Below, in pieces: positions 17,666-27,848 of a stretch of 64,000 nucleotides of DNA. This DNA comes from Bacteroidales bacterium (GTDB lineage: Bacteria > Bacteroidota > Bacteroidia > Bacteroidales > JAADJA01), in NCBI GenBank assembly GCA_016933115.1, contig JAFGBL010000296.1, forward strand, positions 1,170 through 65,169. Reading direction: 5' to 3'. A model generated the notes under the pieces. That model searched no databases, was not told where the DNA came from, and saw nothing but the letters and a program-made list of their open reading frames with translations. Within the stretch, counting starts at the first letter, position 1. Each line of letters opens with the position of its first letter. The position numbers and the translations under genes are program-made.

Positions 17666-18848
17666 AAAACACTTCTAACCATTCCCTGGCTTCGATCATC
17701 ATGTTAGAAAAACTGATAACCGGGTGGCGTAAAAAAACTTTTGGTTTGGGCATGGCTTCGATCATGACGGGAAGGGCGGTGAAGGCCAGACCAAGTGTGG
17801 CATAAATTTTATCGAATCCTGTCCTAAATAGGAAATCACGGATCACCGGATTACGAAGCTCAACACTAAATGAAGAAAAAGCAATAACGATAAACAAAGC
17901 CCGCAGGTTCATTTCCAGCCCGATCAGCAACCCTTCGGTATTGAATAACGATTCACGGTTGCTGAAGCCGTTCCAAAAAATGGCTGCCAGGAAGGTCAGC
18001 AAAATCAATTGTCCCCAGAAAACCGGTTTTTTCAGCCTCCGCAACGAACGCTTGTAATGAAGGATACAAAACCCTGAATAACCAAGGATAAACACCATGC
18101 CATAAACCAGATGAAGGTAGTTCAGCAGGAGAAGACCGGTGGGGATAAGAATAATATGTATGATAAAGAGCCCAACCGAAAACCGTTGATTTGGGTCGAT
18201 GGCCAGGAGGTTGATTTTATCGACGATTTCAGGCGCAAAACCATGTGATTGATAAGCCCGGTTTCTCGATTTTTTCCCGATATAAAAACCCGTCAATGCC
18301 GCTGTGATCCCGAAGAACAGGTAAACTGCGACCACCACGATCACCAACATCCAGGGATTGGGATGTTCGATCCGCACCTGTTTTGCCAACCAGTTGAAGA
18401 TGTCGACATAAAGTTTCACAATGTTAAATCCGTATAGGATGATGAGGCTTACCACCTTGTGGATGAAGGCACTGGAAACACTCAATGCACCGGCGAAGGA
18501 AAGGGAAACCGGGTTATTACCGAAAGCCCGAATAAAGAATTCAACCAACAATGCTTCAATCATGATTCCGATCATAGGCCCCAGGATGATGGCACTGGGT
18601 GAAACCGATTTCATCAGGGCAGTGATGAGGCCGGCACGCCATATCAGCCCTTTTTGGGGCCACATCTGGTAAAAGGCGATCATCAGGATGGTGCCGTTGG
18701 CAGCCAGGATTGTGCCGGCAAATGGCAACCGAAGGTTGTGAAAAAAACTACCGATAATGATCTCAACCGAGGCCCATAAACCACCCAAAACAGCAGCTTT
18801 CAACCAAACCGGATTTAATTTCAAATATCCATCCATTTGCTCAGTCAT
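17619..18848 (-). CDS. Polytopic membrane protein of unknown function, translationally coupled to mobA
   Basis: A 409-aa protein with about 10 hydrophobic segments. Its start overlaps the mobA stop by 8 nt. I do not recognise the family. Confidence 0.6.
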   Translation of the reverse strand: MTEQMDGYLKLNPVWLKAAVLGGLWASVEIIIGSFFHNLRLPFAGTILAANGTILMIAFYQMWPQKGLIWRAGLITALMKSVSPSAIILGPMIGIMIEALLVEFFIRAFGNNPVSLSFAGALSVSSAFIHKVVSLIILYGFNIVKLYVDIFNWLAKQVRIEHPNPWMLVIVVVAVYLFFGITAALTGFYIGKKSRNRAYQSHGFAPEIVDKINLLAIDPNQRFSVGLFIIHIILIPTGLLLLNYLHLVYGMVFILGYSGFCILHYKRSLRRLKKPVFWGQLILLTFLAAIFWNGFSNRESLFNTEGLLIGLEMNLRALFIVIAFSSFSVELRNPVIRDFLFRTGFDKIYATLGLAFTALPVMIEAMPKPKVFLRHPVISFSNMMIEAREWLEVFSKHSQKTEPQFQKTQ

Positions 18849-19449
18849 GCTTCTTTTTGCTTCTCAACCTTTGCTCAATTCGATCAAGGTCATCCGCAGA
18901 ATTGATGTTATAAAACAGGTCTTTATGAGACCATGTGAGCTCTGAATCTATAACGACATACCTGGTATTCAGCAAATTTAAAACATCCTGGATTTTGTAA
19001 TCTCCTTTTTCGATGCTGTACTTTATCTTCGGGATTGTCCTTTTGTGATACAAAGCACATAGCGGTTCGGGTAATCCTTCAAAGAGGGGCACAATGGCAT
19101 CAGGATTGCCCGGCTGTTCAATAATAAACCGCACAAGTTCAACGGTGATTAAAGGCATATCGCAGGAAAGGACGATGTTTCGATCGGTTGAGCTTGCCTG
19201 CAAACACGAATAAATTCCGCCAATCGGCCCGATTCCTTTAAAATGGTCAGGAACTACAGGTATTCCAAATGTTTCATAATTGTTATCATTGGTTCCGATC
19301 AATAAAGCATCGCAAGCTATTTTTAAAATTCGAATTACATATTTCACCAACGGTTCATTGTTCAGGAGGCATAAACCTTTATCCTTGCCCATTCGCGAGC
19401 TTTTGCCTCCACACAGGATGATTCCAGTTATTTGATCGTTATTACTCAA
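18841..19449 (-). CDS. mobA: Molybdenum cofactor guanylyltransferase
   Basis: The N-terminal GIILCGGKSSRMGKDKGL motif and a size of 202 aa. Confidence 0.85.
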   Translation of the reverse strand: MSNNDQITGIILCGGKSSRMGKDKGLCLLNNEPLVKYVIRILKIACDALLIGTNDNNYETFGIPVVPDHFKGIGPIGGIYSCLQASSTDRNIVLSCDMPLITVELVRFIIEQPGNPDAIVPLFEGLPEPLCALYHKRTIPKIKYSIEKGDYKIQDVLNLLNTRYVVIDSELTWSHKDLFYNINSADDLDRIEQRLRSKKKHD

Positions 19450-19564
19450 ATTTTTTAATTTTTGACAAAAATATAGATTGTTAAGGATGACATAAATATT
19501 TTATTATCCAAATATTTTTCTTAAACTTGTAACTGCATTTGAATCTAATTATTTCCAAATTGCT

Positions 19565-21451
19565 GTGCAGAACAACTTGAAAAATATCAAGTACCTCACC
19601 AGAATACTTATCGGCAACCAAAGTGAATATACATTGGAACACCGGTTTTTTATTGCTTCAAGCCTGGTAGGTGCCATTGCCGGCTTACTTTCAACAACCA
19701 TCAACATCTTCCTTAAATTCGAGCCTGCACTCACCATTACCACCTCCCTCATTTTCGTAATTTATTCTTCGTTTTATTACATCTCACTTAAAAAAAGAAT
19801 TTATAAATCGTTGGTCCTGCCTTATATATTTATTTCGCTTCTTTCCTTATCTTATAGTTGGTTTATTAATGGAGGCAGTGAAGGGCCTGTATTTTATGTG
19901 ATCGTAACTGCTTTGATTGTGTACATTGTAATCACAAAAGATGCCAATCGCATCATTGCCATTGCAGTCGTTATTATTACAATTTCAGTTTTATTTCTTT
20001 GGGAGAATTTTCAACCGGAAATCATTATGGGTTATTCCGATCCGAAAACAAAATTTTTTGATCTCTATTTTACCGCTTTTTTCTGTGTTGGCCTGATTGC
20101 ATTTATTACATCCTATATCACTGATAATTACCGTGAAGAACGGGAACGCGTGATCAAACAACGGGATATGATAACCGAACAGAATAAAGAAATAAAACTC
20201 GCCGAACAGCAACTTATGCGACACAAGGAAAACCTGGAAGAAATGGTTAAAAAGCGTACCCAGGAACTGGAAGAGACCAACAGGAAACTTAAAATTGCAA
20301 AAGAAAAAGCGGAAGAATCCGATCGTCTTAAAACGGCGTTTTTATCCAATATGTCGCATGAGATAAGGACTCCTATGAATGCCATAATAGGATTTTCGAG
20401 CCTGCTGAACGAACCTGGAAACACACCGGAAATGGTGCAAGAATATATCGATATCATTACCAATAAAGGGAATTTACTGCTCAATATAATCAATGATATT
20501 ATTGATATATCAAAGGTGGAGTCCAATGAAATTAAAATCCATAAAAGTGTTGTGGATATAGGCGAAATAATGGAAGAAATTTATCTGACTTACCAAAAAA
20601 TCAAAGAAACCCGAAAAAAGAACCAAATCGGACTAAAACTGATAAAACCAAAAACGGCTAAAAAGATTGTTACATATACTGATGCCAACCGCCTGAAACA
20701 AATACTTTCGAATTTAGTGGACAATGCTATCAAATTCACACACCAGGGGTCGATTGAAATTGGTTACGAAGAGGTAAGGGAAGCCGGTGATGTATATATT
20801 AAATTTACAGTAAAGGATACGGGTATTGGTATTTCTCCCGATAACAAAGAATTAATTTTCAGCCGATTTCGTCAGATCGATGAATCGAATACCAGGGAAT
20901 ACGGTGGTACCGGATTGGGATTGGCCATCTCTAAAAAACTTGCGGAATTACTCGGTGGTAAAGTCGAATTTATATCGGAATTAGGCAAGGGAAGCATCTT
21001 TATCTTTTTTATCCCTTTCGAAAGGGTTAAAGATCAGCAGCCAGGCACAATCAACATCAATGCACCCGATAGTAATTATATCTGGAAGGGTAAAAAAATA
21101 CTGATTGTTGAAGATAATCCATCCAGCCTTTTACTGCTGAAAAACTACCTGTTAAAAACAAATGCTGAAATCATTGAATCAACAAATGGCAAAGAGGCTG
21201 TGGAAATTTGCAGCCATGAAAATAATGATATCGACCTGGTACTAATGGATATTGAACTTCCCGAAATGAACGGTTATATGGCAACACGGAAAATCAAATC
21301 CATTAACAAAAATCTACCTGTCATTGCTCAAACAGCTTACGCGATGGCGGAAGACGAAATTAAAGCCAGGGCCGCCGGATGCGATGCCTACCTGAAGAAA
21401 CCCTTCAGCCGCATTGATTTGCTTACAACCCTCAGCCGCTTCCTTGATTAG
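19565..21451 (+). CDS. Hybrid sensor histidine kinase/response regulator with multi-TM N-terminal sensor
   Basis: About 6-7 TM helices, a coiled coil, the H-box SHEIRTPMNAIIGF, the HATPase G-boxes DTGIGI/GGTGLGL, and a receiver with DLVLMDIELPEMNG. The start is GTG. Confidence 0.85.
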   Translation: MQNNLKNIKYLTRILIGNQSEYTLEHRFFIASSLVGAIAGLLSTTINIFLKFEPALTITTSLIFVIYSSFYYISLKKRIYKSLVLPYIFISLLSLSYSWFINGGSEGPVFYVIVTALIVYIVITKDANRIIAIAVVIITISVLFLWENFQPEIIMGYSDPKTKFFDLYFTAFFCVGLIAFITSYITDNYREERERVIKQRDMITEQNKEIKLAEQQLMRHKENLEEMVKKRTQELEETNRKLKIAKEKAEESDRLKTAFLSNMSHEIRTPMNAIIGFSSLLNEPGNTPEMVQEYIDIITNKGNLLLNIINDIIDISKVESNEIKIHKSVVDIGEIMEEIYLTYQKIKETRKKNQIGLKLIKPKTAKKIVTYTDANRLKQILSNLVDNAIKFTHQGSIEIGYEEVREAGDVYIKFTVKDTGIGISPDNKELIFSRFRQIDESNTREYGGTGLGLAISKKLAELLGGKVEFISELGKGSIFIFFIPFERVKDQQPGTININAPDSNYIWKGKKILIVEDNPSSLLLLKNYLLKTNAEIIESTNGKEAVEICSHENNDIDLVLMDIELPEMNGYMATRKIKSINKNLPVIAQTAYAMAEDEIKARAAGCDAYLKKPFSRIDLLTTLSRFLD

Positions 21452-21504
21452 CCAGCTGGAAAAAATAAACTAATTTTGCTCAAGTTTGAATAGTTCTTCA
21501 ATCT

Positions 21505-23160
21505 ATGAACAAAAATCTCATTATACTCGCTATTCTCAGCCTGCTTCAATTTATCCTTTTTGCCCAGGATACCATAAAAACCAATCCGGAACTAAATACC
21601 AAAGTAAATTCACCAGAAACTGCTTATGTCATTTTTAATAACGACACCCTTTTCCCCATCAGCGCTTCCATTGGGCCGTTCACACCAGACGAACGCGCAG
21701 AAGCTATCAGTAAACGCATCAGAAACCTGGTAAGGAAAGAAATCCGGGTTGAAGATTCATTTAACGTACAGAATGACAATGGCCTGTCGAATATCATGTA
21801 CAAAGGCCTGATAATTATGAGCCTGAGCGACGAGGATGCCAGGCATGCCGGTTATCCGCGAAATTACCTCGCTGATAATTACAAGGAAATAATATATGCT
21901 TCCATCAGTAACCAGAATAGTAGCGGGATTAAAGGGTGGTTTAAACGAATCGCATTCACTATTTTATTACTGGCAGGGTTAATCCTTTTGTTTTATCTAT
22001 TGAATAGGTTCTTTAAATGGTTTAATGAAAAACTAATGCATTATGAAAAAGGCCTGAAAAGAAAGCGTATGAGTGTTTTCAGATACCTGGCTCCAAAAGG
22101 ACCGCAATATTTTTTTGTGTTTCTTTCCAATATCCTTAAAATAGCCCTGATTATCCTCCTCCTTTTCTTTTATTTGCCGTTGTTATTTAGTTTCCTGCCC
22201 TGGACAAAAGGTATAGTGGAGCAATTTTATTCATATATTTCCGAACCGGTTAAATATGTTTTAAACGGATTCCTGAATTTCCTGCCCAGTTTGTTCTTTA
22301 TACTTGTTATATTTTTTATTGCCAGGTATGTAGTAAGGGTTTTAACCTTCATTTCAGGAGAAATAGAAAAAGAAAAACTGGTTCTCAAAGGATTTCATAA
22401 GGATTGGGCCAAGCCAACCCTGAATATTGTCAAAATCATTATTTATGCCTTTGCACTGGTATTTATTTTCCCTTACCTTCCGGGATCCGATTCCCCTGCA
22501 TTTCAGGGGGTATCTATTTTTCTCGGTGTATTGTTTTCCCTCGGATCCACATCGGCCATTGCCAATATCGTTGCCGGTATTGTAATCACTTACATGCGTC
22601 CGTTTAAAATCGGCGACCGGGTTCAGATCGCAGGTTCAATAGGCGATGTCGTGGAAAAAAGCCTGTTGGTGACCCGCCTAAAAACCCTGAAAAATGAAGA
22701 TGTCACAATCCCCAACGCAACCATTATCAATACTCATCTATTAAATTTTTCGGTTTATTCTGAAAACATCGGACTCATTCTTCATACTTCTGTTACCATA
22801 GGTTACGATGTGCCCTGGAAAAAGGTGAACGACCTGTTGTTGAAAGCTGCTAAGAACACAAAATTGGTTTGGAATGAGCCAAAACCATTTGTGCTTCAGA
22901 AAAGTCTTGACGATTATTATGTGCATTACGAGCTCAACGTTTATACTAAACAAGCAAATAAAATGGCGCTCATTTATTCTGAGCTCCACCAAAATATTTT
23001 GGATTCATTTAATGCAGCAGGAGTCGAAATCCTTTCACCCAAATATGTTGCCAACCGAGATGGAAATGCATCGACCATTCCACAGGATGATGTACCTGAT
23101 ACACGAAATCCGGTGGAAAAAATCATCGACACTGCTTCAGGAAAAAATAAAAAGAAATAA
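21505..23160 (+). CDS. Mechanosensitive ion channel (MscS family) with large N-terminal periplasmic/TM extension
   Basis: Signal peptide and the MscS core IANIVAGIVITYMRPFKIGDRVQIAGSIGDVVEKSLLVTRLKT. Confidence 0.8.
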   Translation: MNKNLIILAILSLLQFILFAQDTIKTNPELNTKVNSPETAYVIFNNDTLFPISASIGPFTPDERAEAISKRIRNLVRKEIRVEDSFNVQNDNGLSNIMYKGLIIMSLSDEDARHAGYPRNYLADNYKEIIYASISNQNSSGIKGWFKRIAFTILLLAGLILLFYLLNRFFKWFNEKLMHYEKGLKRKRMSVFRYLAPKGPQYFFVFLSNILKIALIILLLFFYLPLLFSFLPWTKGIVEQFYSYISEPVKYVLNGFLNFLPSLFFILVIFFIARYVVRVLTFISGEIEKEKLVLKGFHKDWAKPTLNIVKIIIYAFALVFIFPYLPGSDSPAFQGVSIFLGVLFSLGSTSAIANIVAGIVITYMRPFKIGDRVQIAGSIGDVVEKSLLVTRLKTLKNEDVTIPNATIINTHLLNFSVYSENIGLILHTSVTIGYDVPWKKVNDLLLKAAKNTKLVWNEPKPFVLQKSLDDYYVHYELNVYTKQANKMALIYSELHQNILDSFNAAGVEILSPKYVANRDGNASTIPQDDVPDTRNPVEKIIDTASGKNKKK

Positions 23161-23313
23161 TATTATCATTCAAAACACCCAAAGTTACTGACAGCTTTGA
23201 TCTAAATATAATCGCTGTCACAGGGCAATCAGACAATTCATAAAAAATAGTTAATTTTAGCATCTGATTTTGTAGATATTTCAGCTCATTAATTAAGACT
23301 ATTGAACCTGTCA

Positions 23314-26277
23314 ATGGAGAACCATCAAAAACCAGAAATACCGAATAATTTTAAAGATTTACTCATCCATACAGTAAATGAGATCCTCGGTAAAGTTTTT
23401 TCCGAAGAAGCTGAATATTTCTGTAATTGGGCGAAAACAGCGGAGGAAAAAATTGGGGAGCATCTGAAGCTCCTCGAAAAGAAACTGGAAGAGTCGACCA
23501 CCACGGGTTTCTTATTCGAAGCATTTAGTATTTCCGAAAGCTTAATAAAATTACAGGGGGAATATTTAAAAACTTCAGAAAAGGATATTTTTTCAGACGA
23601 ACTGATAAATTTCAATGCAGAAGTATTGAAATTGTTAAACATCCAAACGACAGAGCCAATTGCACTGGCAGAAAATGACGCATTTAACCTGCCTGATATG
23701 ATGAAGAACCTCGGCAAAAAATTAACGACTATTTTTAAAAAAAAGCCGGAAATCAGCGAAATGAAAGAATGTTATCTTTATTTTTTACTGGTTTATGACA
23801 TTTTCAATTTGCATCTTGAAAAATTGGACGCCATTGAAAAAAGCAAGGCCGACATCATATTAAATCTCTGGAAAAAGAGTAAAATAATCGATAGGAATGT
23901 GGCTGTCCTCATTGGCCACAATTATAATCTGAAAGAAGCCAAGAATGATTTTAAACTGAAAATTGATTTTGACGACACCAATAATTTAATTCAAAACCAT
24001 CCAGACAAGGGTGCAGAATTTATACAATCTGTTATCGAGGACATTGAGAAAGCATGGGATAGTTATCTGAACGAACCGGAGGTACCCAATGATAACATCG
24101 AAGACAACAGAAAGAAATTCACTTTCGATCAAGTTCTGAGGGCAACCAAACGACTCGAAAGAAAGGGTCATGAATCGAGAGGCAAATGGGGAAATACCCT
24201 TATCGCTCTTGTAGATGATTGGGGGCTTGATCTTGAAATCAGTATATTGAAATACCAAATACTCAAGGGAAATTTCAGTTTCTCACATTTTGTCAATAGT
24301 AAGTTCAAACTGGTGCTGGATGACAAAATTTCTTCTATGTATGAGGGTACTTTAGCATTGTTGGAGACATTCAATCAATCGGAAAAAATAAATGAAGAAA
24401 ATGTAGTCGATGTATTAAATCAAAGCAAAACAGATTATAGGCGTAAACATTTATTAAGATTAATTCCTTCCATTAAAAATGTACTTCAAAGCAGTGAAAT
24501 ACCCACAGCCATTGATGAGTTTGAAAAAAACACAACACGGCAATTTAATGCTTTGTCAAAAAAGAGGTATGTCGTCAAAGAGCCACATTATGACCAGCCC
24601 ACGGATGCTTCCGAAATGAATAAAATTTCTCCACTCGACCTCGTTTCGTACGATATTCAGCCTGAGTTTATGGCTGTTTTCCCTTCCATGAAAAATGCTT
24701 TTATCAGGCATTTACAGGAATTGCAGGTAAGGCTGGAAGAAATTCCGGAGATTGTTGATTTCAGTATTGAATCTGCCACCGGGTTCTTTGAAGATAAAAA
24801 GGACCTGAAAGAGGCTTTGAAGGTTGGAAAGGATGGAATACAGCGTGCCATCAATAAAATGGATGACCTGGAAGAACTCAGAGAAGAGTTTTATACCAAT
24901 GAAGTGGATTTCCTCGACAAAAAAATCAACCAGTTAGTTGATAAAATATCTGAGATAACCGATAACGAAAGTGCGCTTCAAATCAAGTTCAGGGTTACAA
25001 AAGCCAAGGCTATTGAGCAATCTAAGGCAATTCGTGATAAAATTATCAATAATATCAAAAATTTCCTGCCCGGGATATTGGATAAAATTCGTGAATTCCA
25101 TAAGTTTATAATCAAGTCATCAATAAAAATCAGAAAACAATTAGAGGGAGAGACAGACAAGACCTTCATCACAACAGATGTTTCGGATTACCTGGCAGAA
25201 ACTGAACAAGCAGTAAACAGGCTACCATTTGTTTACCAGAGATTGTATAAGCTGGAACCCCTTTCAACCTTTGATCTGTATATCGAGCGAAAAAATGCGC
25301 AGGAAAAATTCAAACTGGCTTATTTAAGGTGGAAAAACGGGAAATATGCACCAACTATAATCATTGGGGAAAAAGGTTCGGGCAAAACTTCATTTATAAA
25401 CCGGTTTCTGGCTTCAAAAAATATCAATGAACAAATTGTTTATTTTGATTTGCATCATGAATATCATTCCCCGGATACCATATACAAAAAAATAGTTGAA
25501 AGCCTTGGCGAATACATAAATGATGATGAAAAAAGTGAAATCGATTTGCCTAAAAAGATTGTAGTAATTGATGGCCTCGAAAAAATTTTTGAAGCCAGGA
25601 TCAATGGATTTGAACCCATTTTTAAAATCATGCAGCTCATTTCACGCACTAATCATCAGCTATTTTGGGTGGTTGCCTGCCATTTATATTCTTACAATTA
25701 CCTTGAGAAGTCTTTTCATCTTTCTGACTATTTTGGATATCACATCGAGTTGGAGGACCTTTCGGCTGAGGAGCTCATTACAATTATAGAAAAACGCCAT
25801 AATATCAGCGGTTTCCGGCTGATGTATCTGGCGGATTCCAGTAAAAAAACAATTTTACCGTTGAAAAAACAATCCGATAAAATGGATCAGGAGGAGTTAA
25901 AGACGATCTATTTTGAAAGACTACAGAAAATTGTCAGGGGTAACATTACACAAGCATTCCTTTACTGGATACGTTCAGCTGCTGAAGTCACGGAAGATGT
26001 CATCTTTATAAATATGCCGGGAGATACCAACCTTGATTTCGTGCGATCTATCTCCAGGTCGAAATTTGAAATTTTGAAGAATATTCTGATTCACAATGGG
26101 ATCAGTTCAGGTAAGCATGCAGAATTGTTCAGGATACCTCCCGAAAAAAGCCAATTGCAGTTGCAGCAAATGTTTGACGATGGAATCATCATCAAAAAAC
26201 ACGATACTTACAACATCAACCCGATGATCTATAAACAGGTGATTGACCAGATGTATATCCTAAACCTTTTACACTGA
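23314..26277 (+). CDS. Large P-loop ATPase: ~680-aa helical/coiled-coil N-terminal region + ORC/Arch_ATPase-like NTPase + C-terminal winged-helix-like end
   Basis: Walker A IIIGEKGSGKTSF and Walker B-like KKIVVIDGLEKIF. The N-terminal two thirds have no motif I recognise. ATG at 23314 (the ORF is open from TTG at 23302). Confidence 0.65.
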   Translation: MENHQKPEIPNNFKDLLIHTVNEILGKVFSEEAEYFCNWAKTAEEKIGEHLKLLEKKLEESTTTGFLFEAFSISESLIKLQGEYLKTSEKDIFSDELINFNAEVLKLLNIQTTEPIALAENDAFNLPDMMKNLGKKLTTIFKKKPEISEMKECYLYFLLVYDIFNLHLEKLDAIEKSKADIILNLWKKSKIIDRNVAVLIGHNYNLKEAKNDFKLKIDFDDTNNLIQNHPDKGAEFIQSVIEDIEKAWDSYLNEPEVPNDNIEDNRKKFTFDQVLRATKRLERKGHESRGKWGNTLIALVDDWGLDLEISILKYQILKGNFSFSHFVNSKFKLVLDDKISSMYEGTLALLETFNQSEKINEENVVDVLNQSKTDYRRKHLLRLIPSIKNVLQSSEIPTAIDEFEKNTTRQFNALSKKRYVVKEPHYDQPTDASEMNKISPLDLVSYDIQPEFMAVFPSMKNAFIRHLQELQVRLEEIPEIVDFSIESATGFFEDKKDLKEALKVGKDGIQRAINKMDDLEELREEFYTNEVDFLDKKINQLVDKISEITDNESALQIKFRVTKAKAIEQSKAIRDKIINNIKNFLPGILDKIREFHKFIIKSSIKIRKQLEGETDKTFITTDVSDYLAETEQAVNRLPFVYQRLYKLEPLSTFDLYIERKNAQEKFKLAYLRWKNGKYAPTIIIGEKGSGKTSFINRFLASKNINEQIVYFDLHHEYHSPDTIYKKIVESLGEYINDDEKSEIDLPKKIVVIDGLEKIFEARINGFEPIFKIMQLISRTNHQLFWVVACHLYSYNYLEKSFHLSDYFGYHIELEDLSAEELITIIEKRHNISGFRLMYLADSSKKTILPLKKQSDKMDQEELKTIYFERLQKIVRGNITQAFLYWIRSAAEVTEDVIFINMPGDTNLDFVRSISRSKFEILKNILIHNGISSGKHAELFRIPPEKSQLQLQQMFDDGIIIKKHDTYNINPMIYKQVIDQMYILNLLH

Positions 26278-27308
26278 TGACAAGAAGAAAAATCATTTAT
26301 AGAACACATGGCGGAATGAAGGCAACAATTCTAACGGTTTTGGTGGTTTTGATATCACTTGCCGGATACGTGTCCTTAGCTCAGGACACCGGTTTCGACA
26401 CTTTAAAAATCGGATCCGCTGATTCGATCATAGTACTTGTCGATACGAGTATTGCCAAAGCCATTATTAAGGATACTACCGAAATGAGTAAAAAATCGGG
26501 CGAACCGCTCCAACCGCCTTCTGTTACGGATGTAATTTCAGTTTCAAAAATCATCTGGGCCATTATTTTTATAATCATCGGGTATTTCACGGTTCGGTTA
26601 TTGATTGGTGTTCTCAACAAAATATCATCGCGTTATCCCAGATACGATTTTACAGTAAAGAGAATTATCCCCATTTTCAGGATCCTGGCCTGGACGTTTA
26701 TTATTTACATTATTGTTGTAGGAATATTCAATCCACCGGCAGCTACCATGCTTGCTTTTTTTGCTTCCGTAGGAGTTGCGGTGGGATTTGCAGCCCAGGA
26801 TTTATTAAAAAATGTATTTGGCGGACTTGTTGTAATGTTCGACAGGCCATTTCAGATCGGTGATAAAATTGAAGCGGGGAAATATTATGGTGAGGTCATC
26901 GAGATTGGGATACGTTCCACAAAAATTGTCACACCGGATGATTCGACGGTAACCGTTCCCAACAGTGAATTCATGACCCAATATGTTTCCAATTCCAATT
27001 CGGGTGAAAACAATTGCCAGGTAGTTGCTGAAATGTTTCTACCCATTGATATCGATACAGAGCGGGTGAGGCAAATTGCCACCGAAGCAGCCCAGATTTC
27101 CAAATATATTTATTTGAACAAACCGATTGTAGTGCTCTTTTTTAATGAAATCCACGATCGGCGACTGGTTTTGAAAATGCGGCTGAAAGCCTACGTTTCC
27201 AACCTGGACAAGGAGTTTGTTTTTAAGAGTGAGATGACTGAAATTGTAATGAAATCGTTGCTGGACGAGGCCATTATCAAGCCGGAATATTTTAAAGATA
27301 CCTCATAA
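26277..27308 (+). CDS. Mechanosensitive ion channel (MscS family)
   Basis: MscS core FGGLVVMFDRPFQIGDKIEAGKYYGEVIEIGIRSTKI. Its ATG overlaps the ATPase TGA (TGATG). Confidence 0.8.
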   Translation: MTRRKIIYRTHGGMKATILTVLVVLISLAGYVSLAQDTGFDTLKIGSADSIIVLVDTSIAKAIIKDTTEMSKKSGEPLQPPSVTDVISVSKIIWAIIFIIIGYFTVRLLIGVLNKISSRYPRYDFTVKRIIPIFRILAWTFIIYIIVVGIFNPPAATMLAFFASVGVAVGFAAQDLLKNVFGGLVVMFDRPFQIGDKIEAGKYYGEVIEIGIRSTKIVTPDDSTVTVPNSEFMTQYVSNSNSGENNCQVVAEMFLPIDIDTERVRQIATEAAQISKYIYLNKPIVVLFFNEIHDRRLVLKMRLKAYVSNLDKEFVFKSEMTEIVMKSLLDEAIIKPEYFKDTS

Positions 27309-27311
27309 TTC

Positions 27312-27848
27312 CTACATCCCGATGGTTTCCAAAATTATTCCTACTGCACCTTGAACGTCTGTTTTTTCGATATGCAGAATTTTAACGGAATCGGGATTCC
27401 ATTTTTTAATAATATCAAACAGGGCACTTTCCCTCACTGTCCAAATCATCGGTAAGTTGGTTTCTGCAAAAATCCTGGTTATTGAACCTGCCCATCCCCT
27501 GCCTTCCAACTCAAATGGCCCTACTTCATCGATCACAACTAAATCGACATTCTTCAGATTTTCAGGATTCAGTGACCAATCTCCAAATCTTTGCCCATCG
27601 GGATTGATGTAAAAATGTATTGCTTTCTCCCAGCCCTCCACCGGTTCGGATTGACAATAAATAATCCTCCTTCCCGATTTTATATCCTGTAATTCAAATT
27701 TATCGCGTTTATGATTTTTCCAACTTCCTGCTGCTAAAAACCCTCCCATTTTTAGATCTCTTTTCCCTAATTCCTCAATAATTTTATTAAGAAAAGTAGT
27801 TTTCCCGCTTCCCTGAGTACCCGTTATGATGAAGACATTGTTGGTCAT
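27312..27848 (-). CDS. P-loop nucleoside-triphosphatase (THEP1/DUF2478-like)
   Basis: Walker A GTQGSGKTT and Walker B LVVIDEVGPFE, 178 aa. There is a 4-nt overlap with queA. Confidence 0.65.
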   Translation of the reverse strand: MTNNVFIITGTQGSGKTTFLNKIIEELGKRDLKMGGFLAAGSWKNHKRDKFELQDIKSGRRIIYCQSEPVEGWEKAIHFYINPDGQRFGDWSLNPENLKNVDLVVIDEVGPFELEGRGWAGSITRIFAETNLPMIWTVRESALFDIIKKWNPDSVKILHIEKTDVQGAVGIILETIGM

